In this document: positions 1-9,611 of the stretch, one piece after another | Layout of the letters: every line of letters begins with the position of its first letter | How positions within the stretch are numbered: position 1 is the first letter of the stretch | Assembly (NCBI GenBank): GCA_020353515.1 | Contig: CP070695.1 | Location: forward strand, 4,879,466 to 4,943,465 | DNA from: Candidatus Heimdallarchaeota archaeon | GTDB taxonomy: Archaea; Asgardarchaeota; Heimdallarchaeia; Hodarchaeales; Hodarchaeaceae | Direction of reading: 5' to 3' | Length of the DNA: 64,000 bases | Notes under the pieces: generated by a model | What the model saw: the letters and a program-made list of their open reading frames with translations, nothing else | What the model was told of the DNA's origin: nothing | Database searches by the model: none | Translations under genes and position numbers: made by a program

Positions 1-141
1 ATACAAAGAAAGAAGACCACCTAGAACTGAAATAATTCCAAATACTCTTCGATCGAAGTCAAAGGCTTCAAGGAATAGACATAGAAGAAGTGTTCCTAGA
101 AGAATAACAAAGGGAAGTAAAATTATCCAGATGTCGCTCAT
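1..141 (-). CDS. nuoN: NADH-quinone oxidoreductase/Fpo subunit N, N-terminal fragment (runs off window)
   Basis: Own translation from ATG at 141: MSDIWIILLPFVILLGTLLLCLFLEAFDFDRRVFGIISVLGGLLSLY; hydrophobic, AGGTGA RBS-like site, directly follows nuoM. Confidence 0.75.
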   Translation of the reverse strand, partial: MSDIWIILLPFVILLGTLLLCLFLEAFDFDRRVFGIISVLGGLLSLY

Positions 142-171
142 GGTTCCATTTCACCTACTAATTTTTATTTT

Positions 172-1779
172 TCAAAATTGTAACCCAAAGAAAGTCGTTG
201 CTGTTTCCATTAGATCTAATATTGGCGCTGGAAATATTCCGAAAATTAGAATGAATAAACAAAGTAATGCTAACGTAGCGTATTGAGACCAATGTGATAC
301 ATCATGAGCATGTTCTAGTTCTGGATTTACGTCTCCAAAAACTGTGCGTTGAAGCATCCACAAGTAATAAGCGGCTGTAAAAATGATTCCAAGAACTCCA
401 ATTAATGCTATTCCTGTTCCAGTAAGGAAAATGCCAATAATTGGTATTTTTTGGCCATCCCAGTTGAAAAGAGCTACAAATGTTAAAAGTTCTGACCAAA
501 ATCCAGCCAGTCCTGGTAATCCAGCACTAGCAAATGACCCAAAAACCAGGACTCCAGCGGTCAGAGGCATATTTTTAGCTATTCCTTTTAGTTTGGGAAT
601 ATCACGTGTATGAGCTGAATGGCCTATAGTACCTGCAAGGAAAAACATCAATGGGGAAATTATTCCATGAGCTATTTGCATGTACATTGCACCAGCTAAT
701 CCTATATCTGTTTGTGTTGCAACCCCCAATAACACAATTCCCATATGACCAACTGATGAGTAAGCTACTAGACTCTTCATATCCACTTGTCTGAGTGCAA
801 CCCAAGAACCATATAATAGAGAAATCAAGCCGATTAATGCAACTAACCAAGCAAACTCTGTTAATGCCTCGGGTAAAAGCCAGCCACCCATTCGTAATAA
901 GCCATAACCACCCATTTTAAGTAATAATCCAGCCAATATCATGGAACCTGGAGTGGGTGCTTCAACGTGAGCTAGGGGTAACCAAGTATGAAAGGGAACA
1001 CTTGGAACTTTTACAATGAATCCAAAGAGTAACGCGAGAAAGATTAACAGTACAAAAGGTTCTGCTCCAAAATTTAATTGAGTTAGAATTGCAAATGAAA
1101 AAGTTCCTGAACCACGTATCACTGCAGATTGTAACCAGATCCCAATGATACCTAAAAGCATAACCAGTGACGCGACATGCGTATAAATAAAGAAGTAGAT
1201 CGCTGCATATTCTTTTTTGGGTCCACCCCATATCCCAATCAGGAAGAACATGGGAACGAGCACTAGCTCCCAGGCAACGTAAAAAATAACGAAATCAGTT
1301 GCAACAAATGTTCCTAGGACACCAGTCTCTAATAACATGAGCATAGAGTAATATGCTGGTTCTCTTTCGTGAATATCTTTGAATGAGGCAAGTACCGCAA
1401 CAAAAAAGATGAAACTACCCAGCATAACTAATGGGAGGCTTAAACCATCCACACCTAAAGAGTAGTTCATTCCTACCGCCTCAATCCAAGGAATCTCTTC
1501 AACTAGCGCCCAACCACCTGTTGCTAGTCTGGATCGGTCTGCTTGAAATTCTGCTGGCAAAAAAGTATTATTTTCAAACATCATCCATGCTAAAATAGAG
1601 AGTAGCATAACAATACCACTCATTATTAAAGCAAAATATTTTGATAACTCATTACGAGCACGACCCACTAACCACGTTGGAAGCGCCGCTACAATCGGCA
1701 GGAGAAATATTAAGGTTAATACACCTATTCCAATTTCACCATATACAAAAAGTGCTACATCGATATTCATTGTCTTCAA
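172..1779 (-). CDS. nuoM: Complex I/Fpo antiporter-like subunit M
   Basis: GVDGLS, FYVAWELVLVPMFFLIG, PFHTWLPLAHVEAP, LLKMGGYG, AYSSVGHMG motifs. Confidence 0.95.
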   Translation of the reverse strand: MKTMNIDVALFVYGEIGIGVLTLIFLLPIVAALPTWLVGRARNELSKYFALIMSGIVMLLSILAWMMFENNTFLPAEFQADRSRLATGGWALVEEIPWIEAVGMNYSLGVDGLSLPLVMLGSFIFFVAVLASFKDIHEREPAYYSMLMLLETGVLGTFVATDFVIFYVAWELVLVPMFFLIGIWGGPKKEYAAIYFFIYTHVASLVMLLGIIGIWLQSAVIRGSGTFSFAILTQLNFGAEPFVLLIFLALLFGFIVKVPSVPFHTWLPLAHVEAPTPGSMILAGLLLKMGGYGLLRMGGWLLPEALTEFAWLVALIGLISLLYGSWVALRQVDMKSLVAYSSVGHMGIVLLGVATQTDIGLAGAMYMQIAHGIISPLMFFLAGTIGHSAHTRDIPKLKGIAKNMPLTAGVLVFGSFASAGLPGLAGFWSELLTFVALFNWDGQKIPIIGIFLTGTGIALIGVLGIIFTAAYYLWMLQRTVFGDVNPELEHAHDVSHWSQYATLALLCLFILIFGIFPAPILDLMETATTFFGLQF

Positions 1780-1794
1780 CCTTCAATTTTTTAA

Positions 1795-4068
1795 TTAGAG
1801 GGGTATCACCCCTGCAACAATAATCGTGATTATGATAAGAGAAATTGCTCCTAAGAGAGTATAGAGAGCATAATTTTCAACCACTCCGGTTTGAATACGA
1901 CGGAGATAACCCCCCGTCTTCATAACTCCCTTCGCTGAATTTCGAATGATACCGTGATCAATCACACGTTCATCTGTGGCCTTGGCTAAACCGCAGAGAG
2001 CTACAGACGCTTTTGCAGTCAGACGAACTAATCCGTCAATAACATGATCATCCCACCATTTGGAGAGACCACAGAGTTCATACCCTACCCTTCCAGTGAA
2101 GCGGACTGCAGCATCAAAGATATTTCGCTCTATCCAATTCATTGCTTCACAATAATATTCATAGATGAAATAGACTAAACCAAGAAATAGATTATCAATA
2201 TAATACCCAGTTTCTAAAACACGTTGAATCCCACGACCAGGGGGTGAGATCTTAATTTTACGCACAATAGAACGCATTCCAATTTGCATTTTTGTGATTG
2301 AATCCGAGGATTCTGGAACTTCTATAGTAAATGAAGGATCACCCTCAATGAAACTAACTTGGGCTTCCGATCGTGGATAATAGATCAGATATGCTAATCC
2401 TATTCCTAAGACAGCTAAAATAATTGATGAAACCTGAGTTAGAATTGTAAGGTCTAGGTCAATGTGAGGTAACTCATACAGCCATGGACCTTCTAGCCAC
2501 TCAACAAGGCGATGCTCAAAATTAAGAAGGGGAATGCCAATATTAAAAACAGGGATATTTCCGAGGAAATAAATTCCAGCAAGAACTAGCGAGACTATCG
2601 CTAAAGACCATAATGGACCTGTCATCCATGGATCAGATTCATGGATATGATGTTCAGGATTGCGATTTGTTCCTGGAAATACTAGGAACCACATCCTGAA
2701 TATGTAGAACGCTGTCAAGAACGCAGTGATCACTGAGGAAAACCACACTAACCAGATCAAAGGACCAAAATCTGAAAGCTGGGCTTTGTATAATGTATGC
2801 AGAATTATTGCATCCTTGCTGAAAAATCCATTTCCAATTCCTGCCAAAGAAAGAGATCCAATCAACATGACTTTCCATGTATGGGGCATTTTCTCCTTTA
2901 ATCCACCCATCTCACGAATATCTTGAGTTCCAGAGCCATGAATCACAGAACCCGCAGATAGAAAGAGGAGTGCTTTGAAAATTCCATGATTAATAATATG
3001 AAACACGGCTACAGCCATTCCTCCAACGCCCAATCCGATGGTCATGTATCCTAATTGTGAAATTGTGCTGTATGCTAACACTCCCTTTATATCCGTTTTA
3101 ACCAAAGCAATTGTACCAGACATAATAGCTGTAATACCGCCTATTAAAGCAACTATTAATATTGCTTCTTCGGAATGTTCAAATAATAAGAAATAACTTC
3201 GGGCAACTAAAAATATCCCTGCTTTTACCATTGTTGCACTATGAATAAGACAGCTGACAGTCGTTGGACCAGCCATAGCATCTGGTAACCAAACATGGAG
3301 TGGAAACTGTGCTGATTTTCCTACAGCCCCTCCAAATATACATAAGGCAATTATGACCAATAATCCTGGTTCTATACCATGAGCCTCTCTGAGTTCAATA
3401 AAATCAAATGTATGAGTTTGAACCCAAAGAAGAATTATTCCAACAAATAAAAAGACATCTCCTACCTTTGTTGTTAAGAAAGCTTTTTTAGCGGCGGATG
3501 CAGGATGAGGTTGTCCTTCAGGAACGACCTCTTTATCATAAAAGTATCCTATGAGTAAGTAACTACAAACCCCCATGATTTCCCAAAATAAAAATAGTTG
3601 AATAAAGTTAGGGGAGAAAACAAGACCTAGCATTGCAGCAGAGAATAGTAAAATCTCTGCATAATAGCGGGGTGAACCCTCATGAGACATGTAACTTCTA
3701 CTGTAGACAACAACTAGAAAAGCGACGAAAGACACCATTAAGCTGACTATTGCTGAAAGAGGGTCAATCAATACTCCTACTTCGAGTTTAAAACTTCCAA
3801 TCTCAATCCAATTGAGAATTGAAAAGCTTTTTTCTAACAAAGGGTGACCATATTCAACATCAAGCCCTCCAAAGAGTAATAGGAATAATATTTGCCCTGA
3901 AATGAGAAGAGTTAGAATGAGACTGGTTCCCATTGCTGCTAATGCAATTGCGTTTCCATGAGCGGTTTTATCGACAAATTTTCCAAGGAAAAGGACTATA
4001 AACGAGGCCAAGATTGGAATTAACCATATCAGGAATGCTAAGTTACCAAAGATTATTTCTTCTGCCAA
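1795..4068 (-). CDS. nuoL: Complex I/Fpo antiporter-like subunit L
   Basis: GKSAQFPLHVWLPDAMAGPT, IHSATMVKAG, AYSTISQLGYM, HGIFKALLFL, C-terminal QTG.V.NY. Confidence 0.95.
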   Translation of the reverse strand: MAEEIIFGNLAFLIWLIPILASFIVLFLGKFVDKTAHGNAIALAAMGTSLILTLLISGQILFLLLFGGLDVEYGHPLLEKSFSILNWIEIGSFKLEVGVLIDPLSAIVSLMVSFVAFLVVVYSRSYMSHEGSPRYYAEILLFSAAMLGLVFSPNFIQLFLFWEIMGVCSYLLIGYFYDKEVVPEGQPHPASAAKKAFLTTKVGDVFLFVGIILLWVQTHTFDFIELREAHGIEPGLLVIIALCIFGGAVGKSAQFPLHVWLPDAMAGPTTVSCLIHSATMVKAGIFLVARSYFLLFEHSEEAILIVALIGGITAIMSGTIALVKTDIKGVLAYSTISQLGYMTIGLGVGGMAVAVFHIINHGIFKALLFLSAGSVIHGSGTQDIREMGGLKEKMPHTWKVMLIGSLSLAGIGNGFFSKDAIILHTLYKAQLSDFGPLIWLVWFSSVITAFLTAFYIFRMWFLVFPGTNRNPEHHIHESDPWMTGPLWSLAIVSLVLAGIYFLGNIPVFNIGIPLLNFEHRLVEWLEGPWLYELPHIDLDLTILTQVSSIILAVLGIGLAYLIYYPRSEAQVSFIEGDPSFTIEVPESSDSITKMQIGMRSIVRKIKISPPGRGIQRVLETGYYIDNLFLGLVYFIYEYYCEAMNWIERNIFDAAVRFTGRVGYELCGLSKWWDDHVIDGLVRLTAKASVALCGLAKATDERVIDHGIIRNSAKGVMKTGGYLRRIQTGVVENYALYTLLGAISLIIITIIVAGVIPL

Positions 4069-4084
4069 ATTCTATTCCACCTTT

Positions 4085-4399
4085 CTAACCTTTCAATTCA
4101 ATGAAATCTGTTGCATCTATTGTTCCATGAGTCCGAAAAATCGATAAAATAATCCCTAGGCCTACTGCAGCTTCGGCTGCGGCTAATGCAATACTGATAA
4201 TAACACCCACATGTCCAGTAACAAAAGTAAGATCATTATATAAGGCAAAAATTGCAAAATTAATGTTTGCAGCGTTTATCATTATTTCAATTGAAATTAG
4301 CATTCGGACTGCTGATTGAGATTTAATAAATCCTGCAAAACCTATTAAAAACAGTATTAGTGCAATCCCAACAAATACCGAAGCATCTATGTCAATCAT
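4085..4399 (-). CDS. nuoK: Complex I subunit K
   Basis: MLISIEIMINA and AAAEAAVGLGI motifs, 3 TM. Confidence 0.95.
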   Translation of the reverse strand: MIDIDASVFVGIALILFLIGFAGFIKSQSAVRMLISIEIMINAANINFAIFALYNDLTFVTGHVGVIISIALAAAEAAVGLGIILSIFRTHGTIDATDFIELKG

Positions 4400-4959
4400 A
4401 GGTCTTCCACCTCTTTTTTTACCAGATAAACACTACCAAGCATTGCTGCAAGTAAAAGGAATCCTAACACCAATATAGTCCCTCCATGAACCGTGAATAG
4501 CATCTCGGTCATATTACCTATTAATTCTAATTCACTAGGTTTATTTGTCAGGTCAGGTTTCTGCCAAAAAATACTACTGACTTGTGAAAGGACGAAAAAG
4601 GCAATAATAAGTAAAATAAAGCCCCCAGCAAAGCTCAACCGCCAGTCTAGTAATTTAAAACCCTTTTGTTCCTCAAACATTGCCTCTTTTCCAGAAAGAG
4701 AAATCGCAAACAACATTAGAATTGTGATCCCTCCAGCATACACAATCATTTGAATTACAAGTAATAATGCTGATTCAGCAAACAGAAGGAATATCATCGC
4801 TACCCCTAACAACGTGAAAATTAACCATAAGACAGCGTGGTAAACATTTTTAACTGTAACAGCTAAGAATGCGGAACCTGTTGTATAAGCAATCAATAGG
4901 AATAAAACCAGAAATTCCAAAGCTTGAAATAAATCAGTACTAATTAATGCCATTTTCAA
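4396..4959 (-). CDS. nuoJ: Complex I subunit J
   Basis: Q.IVYAGGI.IL.LFAI motif, operon position. Confidence 0.92.
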   Translation of the reverse strand: MKMALISTDLFQALEFLVLFLLIAYTTGSAFLAVTVKNVYHAVLWLIFTLLGVAMIFLLFAESALLLVIQMIVYAGGITILMLFAISLSGKEAMFEEQKGFKLLDWRLSFAGGFILLIIAFFVLSQVSSIFWQKPDLTNKPSELELIGNMTEMLFTVHGGTILVLGFLLLAAMLGSVYLVKKEVEDL

Positions 4960-5579
4960 TCATCTGTATTTTTCTTCTCATGAGTTAGAAAATCTTCTAT
5001 TGGTTTCCCATGAGTCTCTATATACTCTTTCTGCTGTTTAGCATGTTCATCTGGAAAATACAGTTTGAAAACACCGTATAAATCCAGATAACTGTAATAC
5101 AAATCTTCTTTCTGGGAGGAGGCTCCATCAAATCCTGCTGAATGAAATAAGGCATCGAAGTTACAGGCGTCAACACACAGACCACAATACATGCAGCGAC
5201 CGATGAACATCTGAGGTGATTCCAATGGTCGTTTTTTCTCCCAGTGAGGGGGTTGAGGTTCGAGTAGAACCATTTCAATACATTTATTGGGACATGCTCG
5301 GTAACAGGCTTTACAACCTGTACAATTCATTAGATTTAGGGCTAATAATCCACGATAATTAGGTGAAATATGAGGAGTGTGTTTGAAAACGTCTGAAAAA
5401 GAAAAATCCCGATCTAAGATTGTTTCTCCTTTCTTTGCAAGTTCCTCTGGGAAGTAAATAGTATCTTTATTTCTACGATCACCATCAGGTATTGTGATAG
5501 GCCTTTTCAAGAAATGATGAAAGATATACGCTAAGGGACGAGTAATAAAGAGATTTGGAATATAACGAAAATTCACCAT
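4956..5579 (-). CDS. nuoI: Complex I subunit I (2x[4Fe-4S])
   Basis: YRG, CTGCKACYRACP and CMYCGLCVDAC motifs. Confidence 0.93.
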   Translation of the reverse strand: MVNFRYIPNLFITRPLAYIFHHFLKRPITIPDGDRRNKDTIYFPEELAKKGETILDRDFSFSDVFKHTPHISPNYRGLLALNLMNCTGCKACYRACPNKCIEMVLLEPQPPHWEKKRPLESPQMFIGRCMYCGLCVDACNFDALFHSAGFDGASSQKEDLYYSYLDLYGVFKLYFPDEHAKQQKEYIETHGKPIEDFLTHEKKNTDD

Positions 5580-5582
5580 TTA

Positions 5583-6773
5583 TCAAATCACTCCAAAAAG
5601 TTTGGGATTGCTCACGACAATTATTATAACAACAATAATGTTTAGAATCGCGAGAGGAATTAATCTCTTCCAGCCAATATCAAGCAATTGGTCTATTCTT
5701 ACCCTTGGTAATGACGCACGAACCCAGACATATAAGAAGATGAATATCCACAGTTTTATTGTTACAATTATGAACGCAAGGAGATGAATAGACTCAATTT
5801 GTGGTTTTAAAATATTAAAGGGTAGATAGGCTCCTCCCCAAAAAAGAAAGACTCCAATAAAAGCACCAATTAGGAGGATGAAGTATTCTGTTGCCATTGA
5901 CATCATATATCGAAATCCCGTAAGTTCAGTCCTCCAACCCATGACTAATTCAGCTTCAGCCTCTGGAATATCAAAGGGAATTCTCTCCGTTTCAGCTGCC
6001 AATGAAACCATAAATACTATGAAACCAATTGGCATCAGAAAAGCAAAGGGTAGTCCCCATCCTGTCATCGTTTGTTGGTATGCAATATCGACGAAAGAGA
6101 AAGAATTTGTAGCTAACACTACTGCAGTAACAGAGAGCATTAATGGTATCTCGTAGCTAATCATTTGAGCTGCTGACCGAAATCCTCCTAAGAGAGAATA
6201 TTTGTTATTTGAAGACCATCCCGTTATTAGAACACCTACCGGGTACAATGAAAAAAGGGCAAAGATGAGTAAAAAACCGACTGCAGGGCTTGCAATTACC
6301 GTAACTGCACCTAGAGGTAATAAAGCTCCTAGTATAAACGGAGGAGCGACCACAAAAGCAAAGAAGCCAATATTAAATGGAAATTTATCTGCTTTTTCAG
6401 GTACAATATCCTCTTTTGAGAAAAATTTCAGGAATTCAGCAATGTTCTGCAACAATCCAATTTTCCATGTTCTTTTTCCAAAGGGCCAAGAAAAGAAATG
6501 GCCCCAGTTAAGATCTATAAATACAGGACCCCGTGCAGTCCACGCTCTCCCTGAGGCAACCTTTCTTTCTAACAAGATTAACAAAATTGTGTTGACAATA
6601 AGAAATACGAGGATAGTGGTCATTTCCAATGAATCGATGATAAATGACCTTATTGGTCCTTCTTGCTCCATTGGAATTAGTGGTGCTGGTAAGAATAGAA
6701 GCTTTTCTGTTAAAAGTGGCAAAATCCAATCATCAACAAGCCAATCGTACAAACCAAAACCCATTTTCTTCAC
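5583..6773 (-). CDS. nuoH: Complex I subunit H
   Basis: ERK, GWSSNNKYSLLGGFRSAAQMISYE, RIPFDIPEAEAEL, PRVRIDQL. Confidence 0.95.
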   Translation of the reverse strand: MKKMGFGLYDWLVDDWILPLLTEKLLFLPAPLIPMEQEGPIRSFIIDSLEMTTILVFLIVNTILLILLERKVASGRAWTARGPVFIDLNWGHFFSWPFGKRTWKIGLLQNIAEFLKFFSKEDIVPEKADKFPFNIGFFAFVVAPPFILGALLPLGAVTVIASPAVGFLLIFALFSLYPVGVLITGWSSNNKYSLLGGFRSAAQMISYEIPLMLSVTAVVLATNSFSFVDIAYQQTMTGWGLPFAFLMPIGFIVFMVSLAAETERIPFDIPEAEAELVMGWRTELTGFRYMMSMATEYFILLIGAFIGVFLFWGGAYLPFNILKPQIESIHLLAFIIVTIKLWIFIFLYVWVRASLPRVRIDQLLDIGWKRLIPLAILNIIVVIIIVVSNPKLFGVI

Positions 6774-7862
6774 CTATCGGTCGATTTCCCCCATACACAG
6801 ATCAATACTTGCAACAGTAGGCGCTATATCTGCTACCTTAACCCCTCTAAGAATAAAATTGATTATTGCTAAATTGGAATATGCAGGGGATTTTATCTTC
6901 ACGCGGTAGGGAGTTCTCTCGTCATTCCCAACAATATAAAATGCTGCTTCTCCCCGAGGATCTTCTGTTCGGAAGTAAACATCACCTGAAGGCAACTTTC
7001 GCGGAGGTTTTTGATAAATCTCCCCCTCTGTAGGTGTTTTCTCAAGTGCTTGACGGATTATCTTTAAAGATTGAAATATTTCTTCCATTCGAATCTCATA
7101 TCGTGCAAAGCAATCTCCAGCAGACCGCACTGGAACCTCAAATTCAAGTTCATCATACACCAAGTAGGGTTCAATCTTCCGTAAATCAGCTTTTACCCCC
7201 GAAGCACGTAATACAGGGCCTGTAGCACCGAGATTTAATGCATCATCTTTGTTTATTATTCCCACTTGCTCACTCCTTAGTCGAAAAACCTTTGAATCCT
7301 CAAGAATGGCTTTATATTCATGTATTCGCTCCTCTAGATAATAAGTAAGGTTATGACAATCTTCCATGAATCCCTGTGGTAAATCACGACGTAAACCACC
7401 AGCAGTGAAGTAATTATACATCATTCGGGATCCTGTTACATGCTCCAATAGATCTAGTACATATTCTCTTTCCCGGAAGGAGATAACCTGCATTGAAATT
7501 ACCCCCACATCTGCTGTGAAAGCTGATAACCAAGTTAAGTGTGAGGCAATACGTTGAAGCTCCAACATAATTGTACGAATATATTGAGCTCTTCTACTGA
7601 TTTCCATTCCCATTAGCTTTTCTACAGCCATTGTGTAACATGCCTCCCAGCTCATTGCTGAATTATAACAGAGTCTGTCAGTTAAAGGTTGAATGGCGTT
7701 ATAAGGACGTGTCTCAGCGATTTTTTCAATCATTCGGAAGATATACCCGATTAAAACTTCCACGTCAACAACGAGTTCTCCTGCAGTCCTCACTTTCAGA
7801 GTCCATAAACCATGATTTACAGGGTGTTGGGGACCCATATGAATATACATCTGTTCACTCAT
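6774..7862 (-). CDS. nuoD: Complex I/Fpo subunit D
   Basis: GPQHP..HG, DRLCY, ELQRIASHL, TGSRM, C-terminal DLCMGEIDR. Confidence 0.93.
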   Translation of the reverse strand: MSEQMYIHMGPQHPVNHGLWTLKVRTAGELVVDVEVLIGYIFRMIEKIAETRPYNAIQPLTDRLCYNSAMSWEACYTMAVEKLMGMEISRRAQYIRTIMLELQRIASHLTWLSAFTADVGVISMQVISFREREYVLDLLEHVTGSRMMYNYFTAGGLRRDLPQGFMEDCHNLTYYLEERIHEYKAILEDSKVFRLRSEQVGIINKDDALNLGATGPVLRASGVKADLRKIEPYLVYDELEFEVPVRSAGDCFARYEIRMEEIFQSLKIIRQALEKTPTEGEIYQKPPRKLPSGDVYFRTEDPRGEAAFYIVGNDERTPYRVKIKSPAYSNLAIINFILRGVKVADIAPTVASIDLCMGEIDR

Positions 7863-7876
7863 GACTTTACTTCCCT

Positions 7877-8386
7877 TTATTTTTCTTGGGGTTTGAAAGA
7901 GAATGGTTTTTCAGGCAATTGATAATCACGGCGCATAGGATGTAACTCTGAAATATGCTTATGTTCATACTCATCCCATTCTTCGGGAAGAAGAAGCCGT
8001 TTTAAATTCGGGTGATTCTCAACCTTAATCCCAAAAAGATCGTATAACTCTCTTTCATGCCAATTTGCTGACCCCCAAATAGGAGTTACAGATGGAATTG
8101 TGGGAGTTTCACGGTCCTCAATCTTAACATGAACTTGGATTACTGTTGCATCACCATCCCATCTATCAAGATGATATACTACCTCGAAATATGTCTCATA
8201 ATCTACTCCTGAAATTGTTTCTAACGATGTAAAGTTCAATTCCGAGGCAATAAATTGCATAATATCTTCTATATCATCTACATGTACACGTAACCGAATA
8301 CGAGTGGGGGAAACAATCTCTACCATTTCTAATTTTGTACCAAATGTTTCCTTTAACTGATTCACATGACTTTCTATATCAGTCAC
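7877..8386 (-). CDS. nuoC: Complex I subunit C
   Basis: ANWHERELYDLFGI..ENHPNLKRLLLP, HPMRRDY. Confidence 0.95.
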   Translation of the reverse strand: MTDIESHVNQLKETFGTKLEMVEIVSPTRIRLRVHVDDIEDIMQFIASELNFTSLETISGVDYETYFEVVYHLDRWDGDATVIQVHVKIEDRETPTIPSVTPIWGSANWHERELYDLFGIKVENHPNLKRLLLPEEWDEYEHKHISELHPMRRDYQLPEKPFSFKPQEK

Positions 8387-9069
8387 TTCTCACCCTCCTT
8401 TTTTAAATCGTTATAACGTAATCTGAAATCTGTTACTGGAGGATTTCGGTCATAAAACTCACGAGGTTCTTCAAGTAGTGGTTCGGGAACAAAAATTCCA
8501 TCTGATCTGATTTTCTCTTGGAGGCGATGAAGACCAGCCCACATGGCTTCTGGGCGGGGAGGACAACCTGGAACATAAACATCTACAGGGACTACTTGGT
8601 CTGTACCCTCTAGTATTGTAGGAGCTTGCCAAAAAGGCCCTCCACTGATAGCACACTCACCTGTTGCAAATACCCATTTAGGAGCTGGCATCTGATCATA
8701 TACATCTCGAAGACGAGGTGCAAATTTCACTGAAACTGGTCCATTTACCCATAATACATCACAATGTCGTGGACTAGCTCGAGCTAAAATCCCGAGGCGT
8801 TGAGTATCGTAACGACTTGCCATTGCTGCACCCATTTCCATGGCACAGCATTTCATGCCGATATAAACAGGATAAAGGCTGCATCTCTGAGCCCAATTCC
8901 GGAGCCAATTGATTATAACGGTAACAAAATTTCGTGAGTGAGTTAGGACAACATTAGGCATAGGTTCATATATTTCTAATTCACCCAGTTCTTTGCATTC
9001 CTTCTTGATTCCCCAAGTTTTTTGAACTGAATTACGAAAATATCCTTTTACTTGTTTGATTTTTGACAT
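8383..9069 (-). CDS. nuoB: Complex I subunit B (N2 cluster); start placed at ATG 9069 after the nuoA stop
   Basis: CCAMEM, SPRHCD, QMPAPKWV, GECAISGG, VDVYVPGCPPRPE. Confidence 0.95.
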   Translation of the reverse strand: MSKIKQVKGYFRNSVQKTWGIKKECKELGELEIYEPMPNVVLTHSRNFVTVIINWLRNWAQRCSLYPVYIGMKCCAMEMGAAMASRYDTQRLGILARASPRHCDVLWVNGPVSVKFAPRLRDVYDQMPAPKWVFATGECAISGGPFWQAPTILEGTDQVVPVDVYVPGCPPRPEAMWAGLHRLQEKIRSDGIFVPEPLLEEPREFYDRNPPVTDFRLRYNDLKKEGEK

Positions 9070-9074
9070 GATTC

Positions 9075-9443
9075 TTACACCCAGGACATTGTCCCTTTTT
9101 TCATCCAAAATGCTAGTCCGATAAAAATGAATAACGCAAGTGATCCCATAACGAGAATAGCAGTGGCAGTAGCATCAATAATTTGGAAGGCAAATGCCCA
9201 TAAAAGAAATAAAATTGTTAAAATGTCGAATACAACGAACACAACTGCAAATGTATAGAATTGAGTATTAAACCGAACTTGGGCATCTCCTATTGGCTTC
9301 TCTCCGCATTCGTAAGTCGTTGTTGCGGCCTTTAGACGTGGAATGTTTGGTGCGAGTAAATATTGGACTACCTTTATGACAATTGGACTTGCAAGCCCTG
9401 CTATAAGAAAAATTCCAAAATGAGTAAGTTCAAGATCAATCAT
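9075..9443 (-). CDS. nuoA: Complex I subunit A (start uncertain: 9443/9455/9458)
   Basis: TYECGEKP, FY.FAVVFVVFD, WMKKG..SW. Confidence 0.93.
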   Translation of the reverse strand: MIDLELTHFGIFLIAGLASPIVIKVVQYLLAPNIPRLKAATTTYECGEKPIGDAQVRFNTQFYTFAVVFVVFDILTILFLLWAFAFQIIDATATAILVMGSLALFIFIGLAFWMKKGTMSWV

Positions 9444-9611
9444 GTGATATCCCATCATTAAGAATGGTTTACTTTCACGCTGGAGTGATTTACTACTCTG
9501 AATTACAATACTCCGCAAAAAATGGTGGTTATTTATAATTTTGTCTTACTTGTCCCTCAAACGTAAACATTGTAGACATTCATTTTATTAATCTTAGTAA
9601 AAGAGCCCTTT

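Noticed and set aside
6202-6909. 235-aa plus-strand ORF and the many other short antisense/nested ORFs in the track
   Set aside because: Shadow frames of well-supported genes (here nuoH/nuoD), with no motifs
6774-7862. Group 4 [NiFe] hydrogenase large subunit
   Set aside because: Both CxxC motifs are incomplete, and the small subunit has the complex I CC motif
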